A stretch of 64,000 bases of DNA from Bacteroidota bacterium (GTDB lineage Bacteria; Bacteroidota; Bacteroidia; AKYH767-A; 2013-40CM-41-45): assembly GCA_043747595.1 (NCBI GenBank), contig JAYTOX010000058.1:22562-86561 (forward strand). Reading direction: 5' to 3'. The notes beneath the pieces are model-generated. The model had not been told where the DNA came from and did no database searches. It saw nothing but the letters and a program-made list of their open reading frames with translations. The position numbers and the translations under genes are program-made. Below, in pieces: positions 1-10,356 of this stretch (position 1 is the first letter of the stretch; the number at the start of each line of letters is the position of its first letter).

Positions 1-45
1 TAAGATATAGAGCAATTTATTCAACTATTTTTCCAATATTTCTCT

Positions 46-936
46 TTAAAAGGAGAATACTCTCGATATATTAAAGCCTAATCGAATTCCCATATTGTTC
101 CATTTAGAATCGGTATGCGTAAAAAATTGATTCTCTACCAGTCCAAAGCTATTGGTAAAGTGAATTTGAAAAACGTGGCCTCCTGTTTCTAATTCATAAC
201 CAATAGACATGCTATCATAATATTTTACTGTCGGAGAATAATCATTGATTCGATACGCATACTCACCTGTTATGGCAGCACGTTTGGTAAATTTGTAACG
301 GAACAGCGCTGATACACCAAACGCATCGTTCTGATCGGTGATGTGCAACACCTGATTGTAATGAACAAACCAAGGTGCTATTTGCAAAGAAAAATTAGGA
401 CTAAATTTTCTGCCTAACATCGCCTCGAAACAATACGATAAACGACTCGATTGATTTTGGTAAATGTCATAACCATTGGCTATAGCATTACCATCTTTCA
501 AATTTGTATAATATGTTCCGGCAAATAACGTAAGACCAAACGGCATTCTATTATCGGTTGTTTGTCGTAGTAAACGATACTTCAAAAATCCATCAACCAT
601 TTTTTCTTGACTGCTTCTTCCAATCCCAAACATAAAGCGACCATCGGGACTGTATTCCAAACTCAGTCGAATATTTGCCGGGCCGTCTAATCCCCATGCA
701 TTGTAAGAGCCGGAATTTATTGGACCAAAACGGTGAGAGATTCTAAAATCAAGTGTTCGCTTACCAACCGTTTCAAGAGTATGTTGATCAACTAATCGTG
801 TTGTTTTAAAAGTTGCTATTACATAATCTTTCGCATGATCGTTAGTGGAATCTAATCCACTCAACATATCCTGACCATTCATAGAAAAGCCGATGAAAAA
901 AAGTACAGCCGATAAAATAATTTTTTTGTTGATCAT
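46..936 (-). CDS. DUF5777-like outer-membrane beta-barrel protein (paralog of 54076..54978)
   Basis: Has an N-terminal signal peptide (MINKKIILSAVLFFIGFSMNGQ), alternating beta-strand pattern and a C-terminal aromatic residue. Shares clear blocks with the 54076..54978 product: RISHxFG, KFRLLxQTxxNxxPFxL, ETGGHVF. Confidence 0.6.
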   Translation of the reverse strand: MINKKIILSAVLFFIGFSMNGQDMLSGLDSTNDHAKDYVIATFKTTRLVDQHTLETVGKRTLDFRISHRFGPINSGSYNAWGLDGPANIRLSLEYSPDGRFMFGIGRSSQEKMVDGFLKYRLLRQTTDNRMPFGLTLFAGTYYTNLKDGNAIANGYDIYQNQSSRLSYCFEAMLGRKFSPNFSLQIAPWFVHYNQVLHITDQNDAFGVSALFRYKFTKRAAITGEYAYRINDYSPTVKYYDSMSIGYELETGGHVFQIHFTNSFGLVENQFFTHTDSKWNNMGIRLGFNISRVFSF

Positions 937-939
937 AAA

Positions 940-1329
940 TTAGTTGTTGAGTTTACCACGATTCAGCCAAGCTTCAATTTTTTGTATGCTACAATCATTG
1001 ATTTTACCGCTACCTAACGGCATCCATTTAGCAGAATTAATTGAAGTGCTATGCGTAATGGTTTCCAAAAATCTACCGCTGTTGTTTATTGTACTTATAA
1101 CATCTGCATACGTCCCTAATCCATAAAGGCTGGTAGAACCATCGGTGTTGTGACAATTAGAATCTCCACTTCCACAGCTATGAAGCATGATAGGAGAAAT
1201 ATCGTTTGCAAACGAAACCGTACCCGTTGTATCGCATGGTGCAGCAGCCGGATGAAGTTCATCTACATTATCGTAGTAACAGCTTGTAAATGCTGCCATG
1301 ACTAAACAAATTGCGAATATTTTTTTCAT
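940..1329 (-). CDS. small Cys-rich lipoprotein, PSCyt1-like (Planctomycete-type cytochrome c domain-like) with C-x6-C-H motif
   Basis: Has a lipoprotein signal (..AAFTSC). Shares blocks VSFANDIxPI..C....CH, MP and WIxxG with 1333..1716 and 55540..55902. Lies 3 nt from each flanking gene. Confidence 0.5.
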   Translation of the reverse strand: MKKIFAICLVMAAFTSCYYDNVDELHPAAAPCDTTGTVSFANDISPIMLHSCGSGDSNCHNTDGSTSLYGLGTYADVISTINNSGRFLETITHSTSINSAKWMPLGSGKINDCSIQKIEAWLNRGKLNN

Positions 1330-1332
1330 GAT

Positions 1333-1716
1333 TTAATTGTTCTTTGCTCCTTGTTCAATCCAAAGGTAAATTAATTTCACTTGATCGTCTGCTAAAACAG
1401 GCAAGGGTTTCGGTGGCATTACCTTAGCAAAAAGTCTATTGCTGATAGTTTGATAGATTTTACTACCGTGTGCATTCCCCGGAGAAATACCTCCTTTAAT
1501 TATATCATCGTAGGTAATTAATGCGAATACGGAACGATCTTGTCCTGCAACATTCCCGGTATGACATCCACTTTGCGTGCAATTTCCACCAAAGATTCCT
1601 TGAACATCATTGGCAAAAGATACATCTTTCAACGTCGACAGATCAGTATCGTGCCTGCATGCACTGAGCAAAAAAGCAATTCCGATAATCGAACTATAAA
1701 TGAGATTTTTTAGCAT
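1333..1716 (-). CDS. small Cys-rich lipoprotein, PSCyt1-like with C-x4-C-H motif (paralog of 940..1329)
   Basis: Has a lipoprotein signal (LLSAC). Carries the motif GNCTQSGCH and a C-terminal block KVMPP...LIYLWIEQGAKNN, which is nearly identical to the 940..1329 C-terminus. Confidence 0.5.
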   Translation of the reverse strand: MLKNLIYSSIIGIAFLLSACRHDTDLSTLKDVSFANDVQGIFGGNCTQSGCHTGNVAGQDRSVFALITYDDIIKGGISPGNAHGSKIYQTISNRLFAKVMPPKPLPVLADDQVKLIYLWIEQGAKNN

Positions 1717-2000
1717 GTTTTTTTGGATCTATTCAGCAATTTTATGAAGAGGTCAATAACGATAGATTATTTGTTTAGATCAATGAGCAAAAAATGAATT
1801 CAAAAATTGACACTTTTCAAACCTATATTCTCTATAAAGATTCAATACTACATGTAATTAATAAACGAAGCAAGAAAAATTCTGCTCAAGAGGTAAAATC
1901 TAGATTTGATCAGGTAGATTTACATTCTGAAAAATGTGATGCGTAAATGATTTTAGAATTATTCTCGGATATTAGCATTACTTTTATATTCTAAACAGCT

Positions 2001-2225
2001 ATGGAAATAAAAAAACAACCAAGCAACGATCCTTTACATGGAAAAACATTGGAGTCGATCGTTAACTATTTAGTTGAACAATATGGATGGGATGAGCTAG
2101 GTGAACGAATTCCAATAAATTGTTTCAGGTCGAACCCAACTGTCAAATCGAGTTTAACCTTTTTAAGAAAAACACCCTGGGCACGAAAAAAAGTAGAAGA
2201 CCTATACATTGAAACTATTGAGTAA
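2001..2225 (+). CDS. VF530/DUF2132 family small putative DNA-binding protein
   Basis: The 74-aa product carries [56 protein letters not shown], a match to the conserved DUF2132 core. Confidence 0.6.
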   Translation: MEIKKQPSNDPLHGKTLESIVNYLVEQYGWDELGERIPINCFRSNPTVKSSLTFLRKTPWARKKVEDLYIETIE

Positions 2226-2282
2226 AAATAATTTCCGATTTCACCTTATGTACTTATTCAGTTCGATTAAACTTATATAACA

Positions 2283-2320
2283 TAAAAAAAGCGAACTACA
2301 ATTGTAATTCGCTTTTTGCC
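2283..2320. terminator. bidirectional rho-independent terminator between convergent genes
   Basis: AAAAAAAGCGAACTACAATTGTAATTCGCTTTTT forms a GC stem flanked by an A-run and a T-run. Confidence 0.5.
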
Positions 2321-2337
2321 TTTATAATAAATAATTT

Positions 2338-3474
2338 TTATTCTAACACCAACCGATCAATCTTACTTTGTTTCCCATCAATAAATATTTTGTAGAAATA
2401 AATTCCTCTCGACAAAGCCACTACATCTACATTCACCAAATTAGTATTGTCGAATGTATTGTTCAGAATTACATTGCCCATAATATCATAGAAAAGAATA
2501 TTGACCAATCGAACTGTTTTATCAAAACCAAAGTTCACTTGATTTGATGCCGGATTCGGATAAGTTGAAATTTTTGCTTCGTTGATATCGGCTATTGCAT
2601 TTACAGAACTCCCGGCTATATAACTCGACAAATTTAAGTAGTACACAAAATTTCCTGAACCATTATCTTCATCGGTCATAAAAATTTCATTGTTTGACAC
2701 GAACGATAACGATTCTTTTTGCGACCAGGCTCCGCTAATATTCACTTGCGTATGTTGTCCTGAAAAAAAGTTTGTGCCAATAAAATTTTTGAAGATGTGA
2801 AGATGCGAATTCGACATTAGAATCATAGCGCTACCATCGGCAGAGATATCGGCAGAGGTAATTCGATCATTCGTGTAGAAACTATCCACTAATGTTGCAA
2901 CATAACTTCCGGGGCTATCAGGTAAGCGGTACATCTTAGTGTATCCAATTGCTGCACCATCGGCTTTTGAAAATAAATACAAATTTCCATTAAAGTGAAA
3001 AAACGATTCCACATCGTAGTTTAGCCACGACGACGAAATATTTGCTTGATCAGAATAAGTGAAACTAATTGTTTGTGCAACTGCAGAAGTAGTTGATGCA
3101 CTTGGGTATGGAATTCGAAATATTTTCAGATTTGTTCTGATACAATTATTATTTCCAAAGTCGCCTATGAATAAATAGTTGCGTTGAGCATCATGAGTAA
3201 GATCTTCCCAATCATTATTAATGGCACCGTTGATAGTTATGGTTTGCTGCAATGCTCCGGCAGATGAAACACGATATAGGCGATTGTCGCCATAACCATC
3301 GTTATGCGTCCAATAAGAATCGTAACCATTGTAATCAAGGCCCGACGACTCTCTAAGCACGCTCGGCAACGAACCCTTTACTGTAGCAGTAATAGCAGAA
3401 GCAGTTTTAATGCTTAAAGCAAAAAGAAAGAGTAAGAACACCTGTTTAGGAATTCGAGTAAGTTTTATTTTCAT
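2338..3474 (-). CDS. secreted protein with T9SS C-terminal sorting domain (type A CTD)
   Basis: Has a signal peptide (MKIKLTRIPKQVFLLFLFALSIKTASA). The C-terminus ..YPNPASNQVNFGF..GIYFYKIFIDGKQSKIDRLVLE is typical of a Por secretion tail. Confidence 0.6.
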   Translation of the reverse strand: MKIKLTRIPKQVFLLFLFALSIKTASAITATVKGSLPSVLRESSGLDYNGYDSYWTHNDGYGDNRLYRVSSAGALQQTITINGAINNDWEDLTHDAQRNYLFIGDFGNNNCIRTNLKIFRIPYPSASTTSAVAQTISFTYSDQANISSSWLNYDVESFFHFNGNLYLFSKADGAAIGYTKMYRLPDSPGSYVATLVDSFYTNDRITSADISADGSAMILMSNSHLHIFKNFIGTNFFSGQHTQVNISGAWSQKESLSFVSNNEIFMTDEDNGSGNFVYYLNLSSYIAGSSVNAIADINEAKISTYPNPASNQVNFGFDKTVRLVNILFYDIMGNVILNNTFDNTNLVNVDVVALSRGIYFYKIFIDGKQSKIDRLVLE

Positions 3475-4020
3475 TTTCTAAGTATTGTTGGTGCTGCCCT
3501 ATTAACAAAAAGTGCACTCAGCAATATAAATCGCTGCAAAGATAAAATTATTGTAAAACTGTGGCTTTCTTACACTTAACCGGTTTTCAACAAAAGTATG
3601 TTTTGTGGGTTACTTTTGTGGATTCCAAAATTTTTAATCTACACGCTTAAGTTTGTTTTTCAGGAAATAAGTACGTGTTTCTACAGTTTGCCCAAAGTTT
3701 GTACAAAGAATATTTACCTTATTTTAAGTGAGACAATGAGTGCATTAAAATCGAAAACCTCACATAACGCTCTAATTTGCAATACTTAAAGAAGGTTTTT
3801 CTGTGGTAAATAATACCCAAACTGATGAATACCTACAATCAATAATTTTCATTTAGCTTTTAGTAGCTTGGTTTTATAAATCAAAATATACTTCCGACTA
3901 AATCAAAAATGTGAAAATAAATAAGGCCTCGACTACAAATCCTTTGCGAAATCACACTTAATTCACCCCCTCTTTCATTATTTTTTTACCTTCGCAGGCA
4001 CTCAAAATTTCTTCGATTCT

Positions 4021-7000
4021 ATGAATTATCAGCGCATTAATAATCTGATCGGCTGGCTAGTATTTCTAGTCGCTTCTTTCACTTACATTTCAACGATTGA
4101 ACCAACAGGCAGTTTCTGGGATTGTGGTGAGTTCATCGCAACCGCACACAAACTAGAAGTAGGTCACCCACCGGGCGCTCCATTCTTTTTAATGCTTGCC
4201 CGCGTGTTTATCCTCTTTGCCGGCGATAACGTAAAAATGATTCCGATTATGGTAAACACTCTGTCGGCTTTAATGGCGGCGTTTACTATTCTCTTTTTGT
4301 TTTGGACAATTACAGCGCTAGCAAAAAAATTAGTAACAAAAAGCGGAGAGTTAACGACCGAAAAAATTATTGCCATTATGGGTGCCGGTGCTGTAGGTGC
4401 CTTAGCCTACGCATTCAGCGATTCATTTTGGTTCTCTGCTGTTGAAGGCGAGGTATACGCAAGCTCATCGTTCTTTACTGCCATTGTTGTGTGGGCCATG
4501 TTCAAATGGGACAATGCATCGGAAGAAAAACACAATCTTCGTTGGCTTATTCTCATTGCTTACTTAATGGGATTAAGTATAGGAGTTCACTTACTGAACT
4601 TACTTACTATTCCTGCTTTAGCATTCGTCTACTATTTCAAACGTTATACAGTTACAAAAAAAGGTATTATTTATACTGGCATACTTGGTACGGCTATTTT
4701 AGGTTTTGTTCAATATGGAATTATCCAGGAGATGATCACATTAGCAGGATCTATCGATTTGTTTTTTGTAAACACATTGGGAATGCCTTTTGGAAGTGGA
4801 ATTATTCTTTATGGAATTATTATCATCGGATTTTTAATATGGGCATTTCGATACACTAAGAAAAAAGATATGCCACTATGGAATACAGCTGTTTTATGTG
4901 TGTCGTTCATTTTAATTGGATATTCTACTTTCGCTCAAATCGTAATTCGTTCGAATGCTAATCCACCGCTGGATGAAAATAATCCGGAAAACGTTTTCAA
5001 TTTTATTTCTTATTTGAAGCGTGAACAATACGGAGAGCGTCCGTTAGTAATAGGTCAAAACTACAATGCAAAAGTAATTGATCAGAAAGAAGGCGATATG
5101 AATTATGCCAAAATCGATGGTGTAAATAAATATGTTGAAGCAGGAAGAAAAATTGAACCTGTTTATGAAGCAGACAAGACGACTGTTTTCCCTCGTATGT
5201 GGAGTAATCAGGCAAACCATATTACTGAATACAAAAAGTGGGCTGACATAAAAGGCGATCGAAATCCAACCTTCGGCGACAATTTAAAATTCTTCTTTGT
5301 TTACCAATTAGGAGAAATGTATTGGCGATATTTTATGTGGAACTTCGCCGGTCGTCAGAATGATTTACAAGGTCCCGGAGGAATTACAAAAGGAAACTGG
5401 ATAAGTGGAATTAAATTTGTCGACGAAGCTCGCCTAGGACCTCAAGATAAATTACCTGAAGGCATGAAAAACAATCGTGCTCGAAATACGATGTTTTTCC
5501 TTCCGTTGATTTTAGGAATCATAGGAATGATTTATCATTATTCACGCGATAACAAAGATGCATGGGTAGTAATGCTTTTATTCTTCTTTACCGGAATAGC
5601 TATTGTTATTTATTTGAATGGAACACCGCAACAACCACGTGAACGAGATTACGCCTACGCAGGCTCCTTCTATGCTTTCGCTATGTGGATTGGAATTGGT
5701 GTACTTTCTATCTATGAATTGCTACGTAAAAAAATAAATGGTACTACCGCAGCATCAATTGCATCGGTACTCTGTTTAGTTGCTGTTCCATTTGTAATGG
5801 CCAAAGCAGAATGGAACGATCACGATCGCTCTAACCGTTACACATCGCGTGACTTTGCTAGCGATTATTTAAATAGTTGCGAGAAAAATGCAATTATTTT
5901 TACCAATGGCGATAACGACACTTTCCCTCTGTGGTATGCTCAAGAAGTTGAAAATATTAGAACTGATGTACGAGTAATCAATTTGAGTCTATTGAATACA
6001 GATTGGTACATCGATCAGTTAAAACGACAGTATTACAATTCAGATCCAATAAATATTTCATGGGCTTCCGACAAATACAATTTAGGTAAGCGCGATTACA
6101 TACCCTATTACGACCGAGGCTTAAAAGGAGCCGTTGAATTAAAAGAGTTAGTAGACTTTATGGGAAGCGATTCTCCTGATGCAAAAGCAAGAACAAACAG
6201 TGGAGAGCAAATTAATTATTTCCCTACTAAGAATATTAAATTCACAATTGATTCTGCCGAGGTAATTGCTAACGGTGTTGTATCGCCTGAGAATGCAAGT
6301 AAAATTGTGAAGACAATGGAATGGTCGATCAATGGTGGTTATTTAATGAAAAATGATTTGATCATTTTGAACATCATTGCAAATAACCAATGGAAACGTC
6401 CTATTTACTTTGCTACAACAGTAGGTGCCGATAATTATTTAAATCTGGAATCGTATTTCCAATTAGAAGGATTAGCATACAGACTTGTTCCTATCAAAAC
6501 TGCAACTCAAAACGAGATTGTACCAGGTAGCGTAGAAACTACAAAGATGTACAACAACGTAATGAACAAATTCGTTTATGGAAATATGAATATGGAAAAG
6601 GTTTATTTGGATGAGAATAATCTTCGAATGACAACCAATTTCAGAATTAACTTTTCGCGACTGGCAGAAGAGTTAATGAACGAAGGCAAAATGGATTCTG
6701 CTGTTAAAGTATTAGACAAGTGTATGCAGGAGTTGCCTGACAAAACGATTCCATTGAATTATTTCTCTGCTAAACTTGCAGAATTATATTATCGCGCCGG
6801 TGGTGCAATGAAAAATCAGAATCCTGCTGTAACAGGTGTTGATATGGAGTTGAATAAAACAAACGATCTAATAGCAAAAGGAAATGCAATCAACGAGCGT
6901 TTACTTACCATCTACGCCGGGAATATGGACTACTATGAAAGTTTAAAGAAAACTAAATTCTTTAAGTTAGTAGATACTGACATGAATCAAGCATTGTATA

Positions 7001-7104
7001 TTTTGCAAAACATATCCACTACATTGAAAGCAACCAATCAGAAAGCGTTAGCCGATAAAGCTGACAAAGTCTTTATGGATGCCGTACAAAAAGTAGGCAT
7101 GTAA
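4021..7104 (+). CDS. DUF2723 family GT-C-fold membrane glycosyltransferase-like protein (TMEM260-like), 1027 aa
   Basis: The N-terminal motif SFWDCGEFIATAHKLEVGHPPGAPFFLMLARVF and multiple TM helices are followed by a long soluble C-terminal region. Confidence 0.65.
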   Translation: MNYQRINNLIGWLVFLVASFTYISTIEPTGSFWDCGEFIATAHKLEVGHPPGAPFFLMLARVFILFAGDNVKMIPIMVNTLSALMAAFTILFLFWTITALAKKLVTKSGELTTEKIIAIMGAGAVGALAYAFSDSFWFSAVEGEVYASSSFFTAIVVWAMFKWDNASEEKHNLRWLILIAYLMGLSIGVHLLNLLTIPALAFVYYFKRYTVTKKGIIYTGILGTAILGFVQYGIIQEMITLAGSIDLFFVNTLGMPFGSGIILYGIIIIGFLIWAFRYTKKKDMPLWNTAVLCVSFILIGYSTFAQIVIRSNANPPLDENNPENVFNFISYLKREQYGERPLVIGQNYNAKVIDQKEGDMNYAKIDGVNKYVEAGRKIEPVYEADKTTVFPRMWSNQANHITEYKKWADIKGDRNPTFGDNLKFFFVYQLGEMYWRYFMWNFAGRQNDLQGPGGITKGNWISGIKFVDEARLGPQDKLPEGMKNNRARNTMFFLPLILGIIGMIYHYSRDNKDAWVVMLLFFFTGIAIVIYLNGTPQQPRERDYAYAGSFYAFAMWIGIGVLSIYELLRKKINGTTAASIASVLCLVAVPFVMAKAEWNDHDRSNRYTSRDFASDYLNSCEKNAIIFTNGDNDTFPLWYAQEVENIRTDVRVINLSLLNTDWYIDQLKRQYYNSDPINISWASDKYNLGKRDYIPYYDRGLKGAVELKELVDFMGSDSPDAKARTNSGEQINYFPTKNIKFTIDSAEVIANGVVSPENASKIVKTMEWSINGGYLMKNDLIILNIIANNQWKRPIYFATTVGADNYLNLESYFQLEGLAYRLVPIKTATQNEIVPGSVETTKMYNNVMNKFVYGNMNMEKVYLDENNLRMTTNFRINFSRLAEELMNEGKMDSAVKVLDKCMQELPDKTIPLNYFSAKLAELYYRAGGAMKNQNPAVTGVDMELNKTNDLIAKGNAINERLLTIYAGNMDYYESLKKTKFFKLVDTDMNQALYILQNISTTLKATNQKALADKADKVFMDAVQKVGM

Positions 7105-7119
7105 AAACAAATAATTATT

Positions 7120-7157
7120 AAATCCCCTTTCAATCAAATGAAAGGGGATTTTTTTTG
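7120..7157 (+). terminator. rho-independent terminator downstream of DUF2723 gene
   Basis: AATCCCCTTTCAATCAAATGAAAGGGGATTTTTTTTG forms a perfect 11-bp stem followed by T8. Confidence 0.6.
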
Positions 7158-7246
7158 CAGTAGAATTAGATAACTATTTATCGTGTTTATAATTTTTCAA
7201 TCAATACTATTTAGAAACAAAATGTAAGTCTTATCTTGTCTCTTCT

Positions 7247-7840
7247 ATGTTGCCATTTCAATCACTCTTAAAAAGTTTAATTTGGTCAGTAAAAACTCCG
7301 AACAAAGAAGTTTTTTTGACCTTTGATGACGGACCAATCCCTAACATTACTCCATGGGTTGTAAATGAATTGAAAAGATACAATGCAAAAGCTACATTTT
7401 TTTGTGTTGGCGATAATGTTAAAAAACATCCGGAGGTTTTTCAATTACTTTTGGATAATGGACATCGAGTTGGAAATCACACTATGAATCATTTGAATGG
7501 CTGGAAAAATTTTAACAAGACGTATTTTGAAAATATCAATGAAGCAGAAAAATTTATCGAGAGCAATTTATTTCGTCCACCATACGGAAAAATAAAACCT
7601 ACGCAAATTTTTCGTTTGAAGAAAAAATATAGAATAATAATGTGGGATGTATTAACATACGATTATGATGAAAATAAAACAGGCGAAGAATGTTTGAATA
7701 AAATAAAAAAAAATGTAAAGCCGGGATCAATCATTGTATTCCACGACAGTCTTAAAGCTGAAAAAAGATTGCGATATGCATTACCAAAGTGTTTAGAATT
7801 TTTAAAAACAGAGGGATACATTTTCTCCGCCATTAATTAA
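7247..7840 (+). CDS. polysaccharide deacetylase (NodB homology domain) family protein
   Basis: Carries FLTFDDGP..TFFCVGDNV...GHRVGNHTMNH, the NodB motifs including the Asp-Asp and His-His metal ligands. Confidence 0.7.
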   Translation: MLPFQSLLKSLIWSVKTPNKEVFLTFDDGPIPNITPWVVNELKRYNAKATFFCVGDNVKKHPEVFQLLLDNGHRVGNHTMNHLNGWKNFNKTYFENINEAEKFIESNLFRPPYGKIKPTQIFRLKKKYRIIMWDVLTYDYDENKTGEECLNKIKKNVKPGSIIVFHDSLKAEKRLRYALPKCLEFLKTEGYIFSAIN

Positions 7841-8706
7841 TGAAACTAGTTTTCTTTTTACTTTTAATTATCTTAATAACAACCGGAAGTTTTGCTCAAG
7901 AAAGACGCGGAACTATCGGTGTAGGTTTATCGGCAGGTGTTATGAACTACCAAGGCGATCTTGACGACAATTTCACGTTAGTATTTACCAAACCCGGATT
8001 TGGCGCACATGCTATTGTTTTATTATTTCCACGATTGCATTTTAAAATAACAGCATTACATGGAAGCATTTCTGCCAATGATGCACAGGCAAGTTTTACA
8101 AACAACGGAGCAAGAAATTTAAATTTCTATAGTACGATCGATGAAGGTGGATTACAAATTATGTATTCACTTCAAAACAGAAAACGAGGTTTCTCAAAAA
8201 GAAATTTTGCCGTGCCATATATCTTTGCGGGAGTTTCATATTTTCAATTTGCCCCTAAGCGAAAAATAAATGGTAAAGAATACGATCTACAATCAATCGG
8301 AACCGAAGGACAGAATTTAGCCGGCAATTACCCGAAGCCTTATAAGTTGCAACAACTGTCTATTCCAATTGGAGCTGGTTTTAAAATTCGTTTAAGCGAT
8401 CATTTTGATATTGGAGCAGAAACAGGATTTCGAAAAACCTTTACCGATTATCTCGACGATGTAAGTAATCGATACCCTGATAAAGTAGCTCTGCTCAATT
8501 CAGAAGGTCCCGTAGCCCTTTACCTATCCGATTCATCGGTCGAAGGTAAAGCATCCTTTGCTCAAAGAGGAAATCCGGCAAACAACGACTGGTATGTTTA
8601 CACAAATATTCACATTACTTATTATATGACAACTCATTTATTTAAAGAGATCAAACCAAAAAATAAACACAAAGGAGATAATTGCAAAGGACTTTTTCTT
8701 AAATAG
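7840..8706 (+). CDS. outer-membrane beta-barrel protein (DUF6089-like)
   Basis: Has a signal peptide and the start QERRGTIGVGLSAGVMNYQGDLDD. The ATG overlaps the previous stop (TAATGA), so translation is probably coupled. Confidence 0.5.
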   Translation: MKLVFFLLLIILITTGSFAQERRGTIGVGLSAGVMNYQGDLDDNFTLVFTKPGFGAHAIVLLFPRLHFKITALHGSISANDAQASFTNNGARNLNFYSTIDEGGLQIMYSLQNRKRGFSKRNFAVPYIFAGVSYFQFAPKRKINGKEYDLQSIGTEGQNLAGNYPKPYKLQQLSIPIGAGFKIRLSDHFDIGAETGFRKTFTDYLDDVSNRYPDKVALLNSEGPVALYLSDSSVEGKASFAQRGNPANNDWYVYTNIHITYYMTTHLFKEIKPKNKHKGDNCKGLFLK

Positions 8707-8736
8707 TTTTTTGGGATAAATATCTAATTTTTATAA

Positions 8737-10194
8737 TTACATTTTTTGATCTAACCAATTTTTATAATTAATAATATCGGCATCGGCTGCATCTTTTTTT
8801 ATCGGAGAAAGTATATGATGCTTAACTTCACTGAAGAAAATCTTTTCTTTCCACTGGCGATCCGATTTAATTAAGCGTTGAATTACTTCAACCATTAGGA
8901 CATCTCGCTCATTAGATGTTTTTTTGAAAAAATCCACAAAATCTTTTTTTATTAACCGAATTTTATTTTCAAGAACATCAAAATCTTGCAGTTCATATCG
9001 AATCATCAGTTCAACAATTGCGATTTTAAATTTCAAATTTATATCGGTAGAACCGTAGCCTTTTAATGTAAAGAGTAAATTTAAATTCCTAATTGACTGG
9101 TGATAATTTTTAATTTCAAAATAAGAGACAGCCAAATTCAGATAAATAAATACTTCATAAAATGGAACAGAAATAATTTTTTCCAGCGAACGCATCTCCT
9201 CTAGAATTTCTATTGTTCTATCTCGATCCGATTTACTATAATTAATTACCAGCGAATTATAATAGAAGAACAAATATTTATCATACAACAATCGACTATG
9301 TTCTTCCATTGCTATTTTCAACTTCCCTGCATATTCTAATGATGCTTTTATTTTATTGTTTTTAAACAAAGTGTTTATAATATAAACCAACATCTGTAAT
9401 TTTACATCATGATTATTTTTGTTGAATAATTTATCGGATGTAAAGTCTTCGAATGTTTTCAATAAATATTCTTCAAGAGCAAGGTAGTCGCGCTTTTGAA
9501 GGAGAATTTGACTTACAGAATGATAAATTTTAAAGCGCAACTGCGGACTTTTAAGCAACTCCTTATCTTCCGTGTATTGACTAATTGTTTGTTCGAGAAG
9601 ATGAACAATTGGATTTTCTTCGGACGAAAAATTTTGTGATACTTTCATCTTATAGCTTACTACAGCTAGAATATCGTCGATCGCTCTTATTTTCCTAATT
9701 TGCTCATGATTTTTATGGCGCAGCTGAATATATTTTTCAGGATCGATCGATAATATTTCGTGCGACAACCGAATATAATCGCCGTAAATAATATCGAGCA
9801 TCTCAGCATTTTCCATTTTCGTTGCTTTCGCTTCTGCTTTCTTTAAAAAGTACAACGCTGTTTTCGTATTATTTTTTTCCAAAAAAAACTTAGCGAGCGA
9901 TAAAAGATGCAATAAATTGAGATTGTGATCATCGTCAACATGCTGCAACATCATACTTTTATTAAGGTCTGATAACAGCCGATTTCTTAATCGGTAAAAT
10001 GCGTTCTTATCTTTTTTCTTATAAAGTGAAAGCAAAATTTTATCTTCATCATATTCATCGCCCGATTTACGCATGTAATCAAAGAGTCGTTCATCGAGAC
10101 GATCGTCGTGGTAATGACTTCTGGCAATATATAGTTTGAAGAACCGAACTTGTTCTCTCGACATCCCCTTAACGATAGAATTCAATATATCCAT
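8737..10194 (-). CDS. hypothetical cytoplasmic helical protein (485 aa)
   Basis: This is a long ORF with no signal peptide. It is Lys/Leu-rich and predicted helical, and I recognise no catalytic motif. Confidence 0.45.
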   Translation of the reverse strand: MDILNSIVKGMSREQVRFFKLYIARSHYHDDRLDERLFDYMRKSGDEYDEDKILLSLYKKKDKNAFYRLRNRLLSDLNKSMMLQHVDDDHNLNLLHLLSLAKFFLEKNNTKTALYFLKKAEAKATKMENAEMLDIIYGDYIRLSHEILSIDPEKYIQLRHKNHEQIRKIRAIDDILAVVSYKMKVSQNFSSEENPIVHLLEQTISQYTEDKELLKSPQLRFKIYHSVSQILLQKRDYLALEEYLLKTFEDFTSDKLFNKNNHDVKLQMLVYIINTLFKNNKIKASLEYAGKLKIAMEEHSRLLYDKYLFFYYNSLVINYSKSDRDRTIEILEEMRSLEKIISVPFYEVFIYLNLAVSYFEIKNYHQSIRNLNLLFTLKGYGSTDINLKFKIAIVELMIRYELQDFDVLENKIRLIKKDFVDFFKKTSNERDVLMVEVIQRLIKSDRQWKEKIFFSEVKHHILSPIKKDAADADIINYKNWLDQKM

Positions 10195-10356
10195 ACCTTT
10201 TACATGAGCAATTATTAAATAAACGAAATTGAATAGGTAAGAAATTTAGAAAAAAGAATAGCAACAACCAACAGAATCATTAAATTTGAATAGAAAAATT
10301 TGAAATTGCTTAAAATCTGATAAAAACAGATCAAACTTAATACTAAACCAACGCTT

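Noticed and set aside
1717-2000. Possible tRNA/ncRNA in ORF-free gaps (also 3475-4020, 60129-60522)
   Set aside because: Visual scan found no cloverleaf-compatible stems with GTTC-type T-loops and no conserved structure. None can be supported without a covariance-model search.
3598-3789. 63-aa ORF in the 545-bp intergenic region upstream of DUF2723 gene
   Set aside because: It is short, has no recognisable motif, and the region is AT-rich. It is more likely a promoter or leader region.
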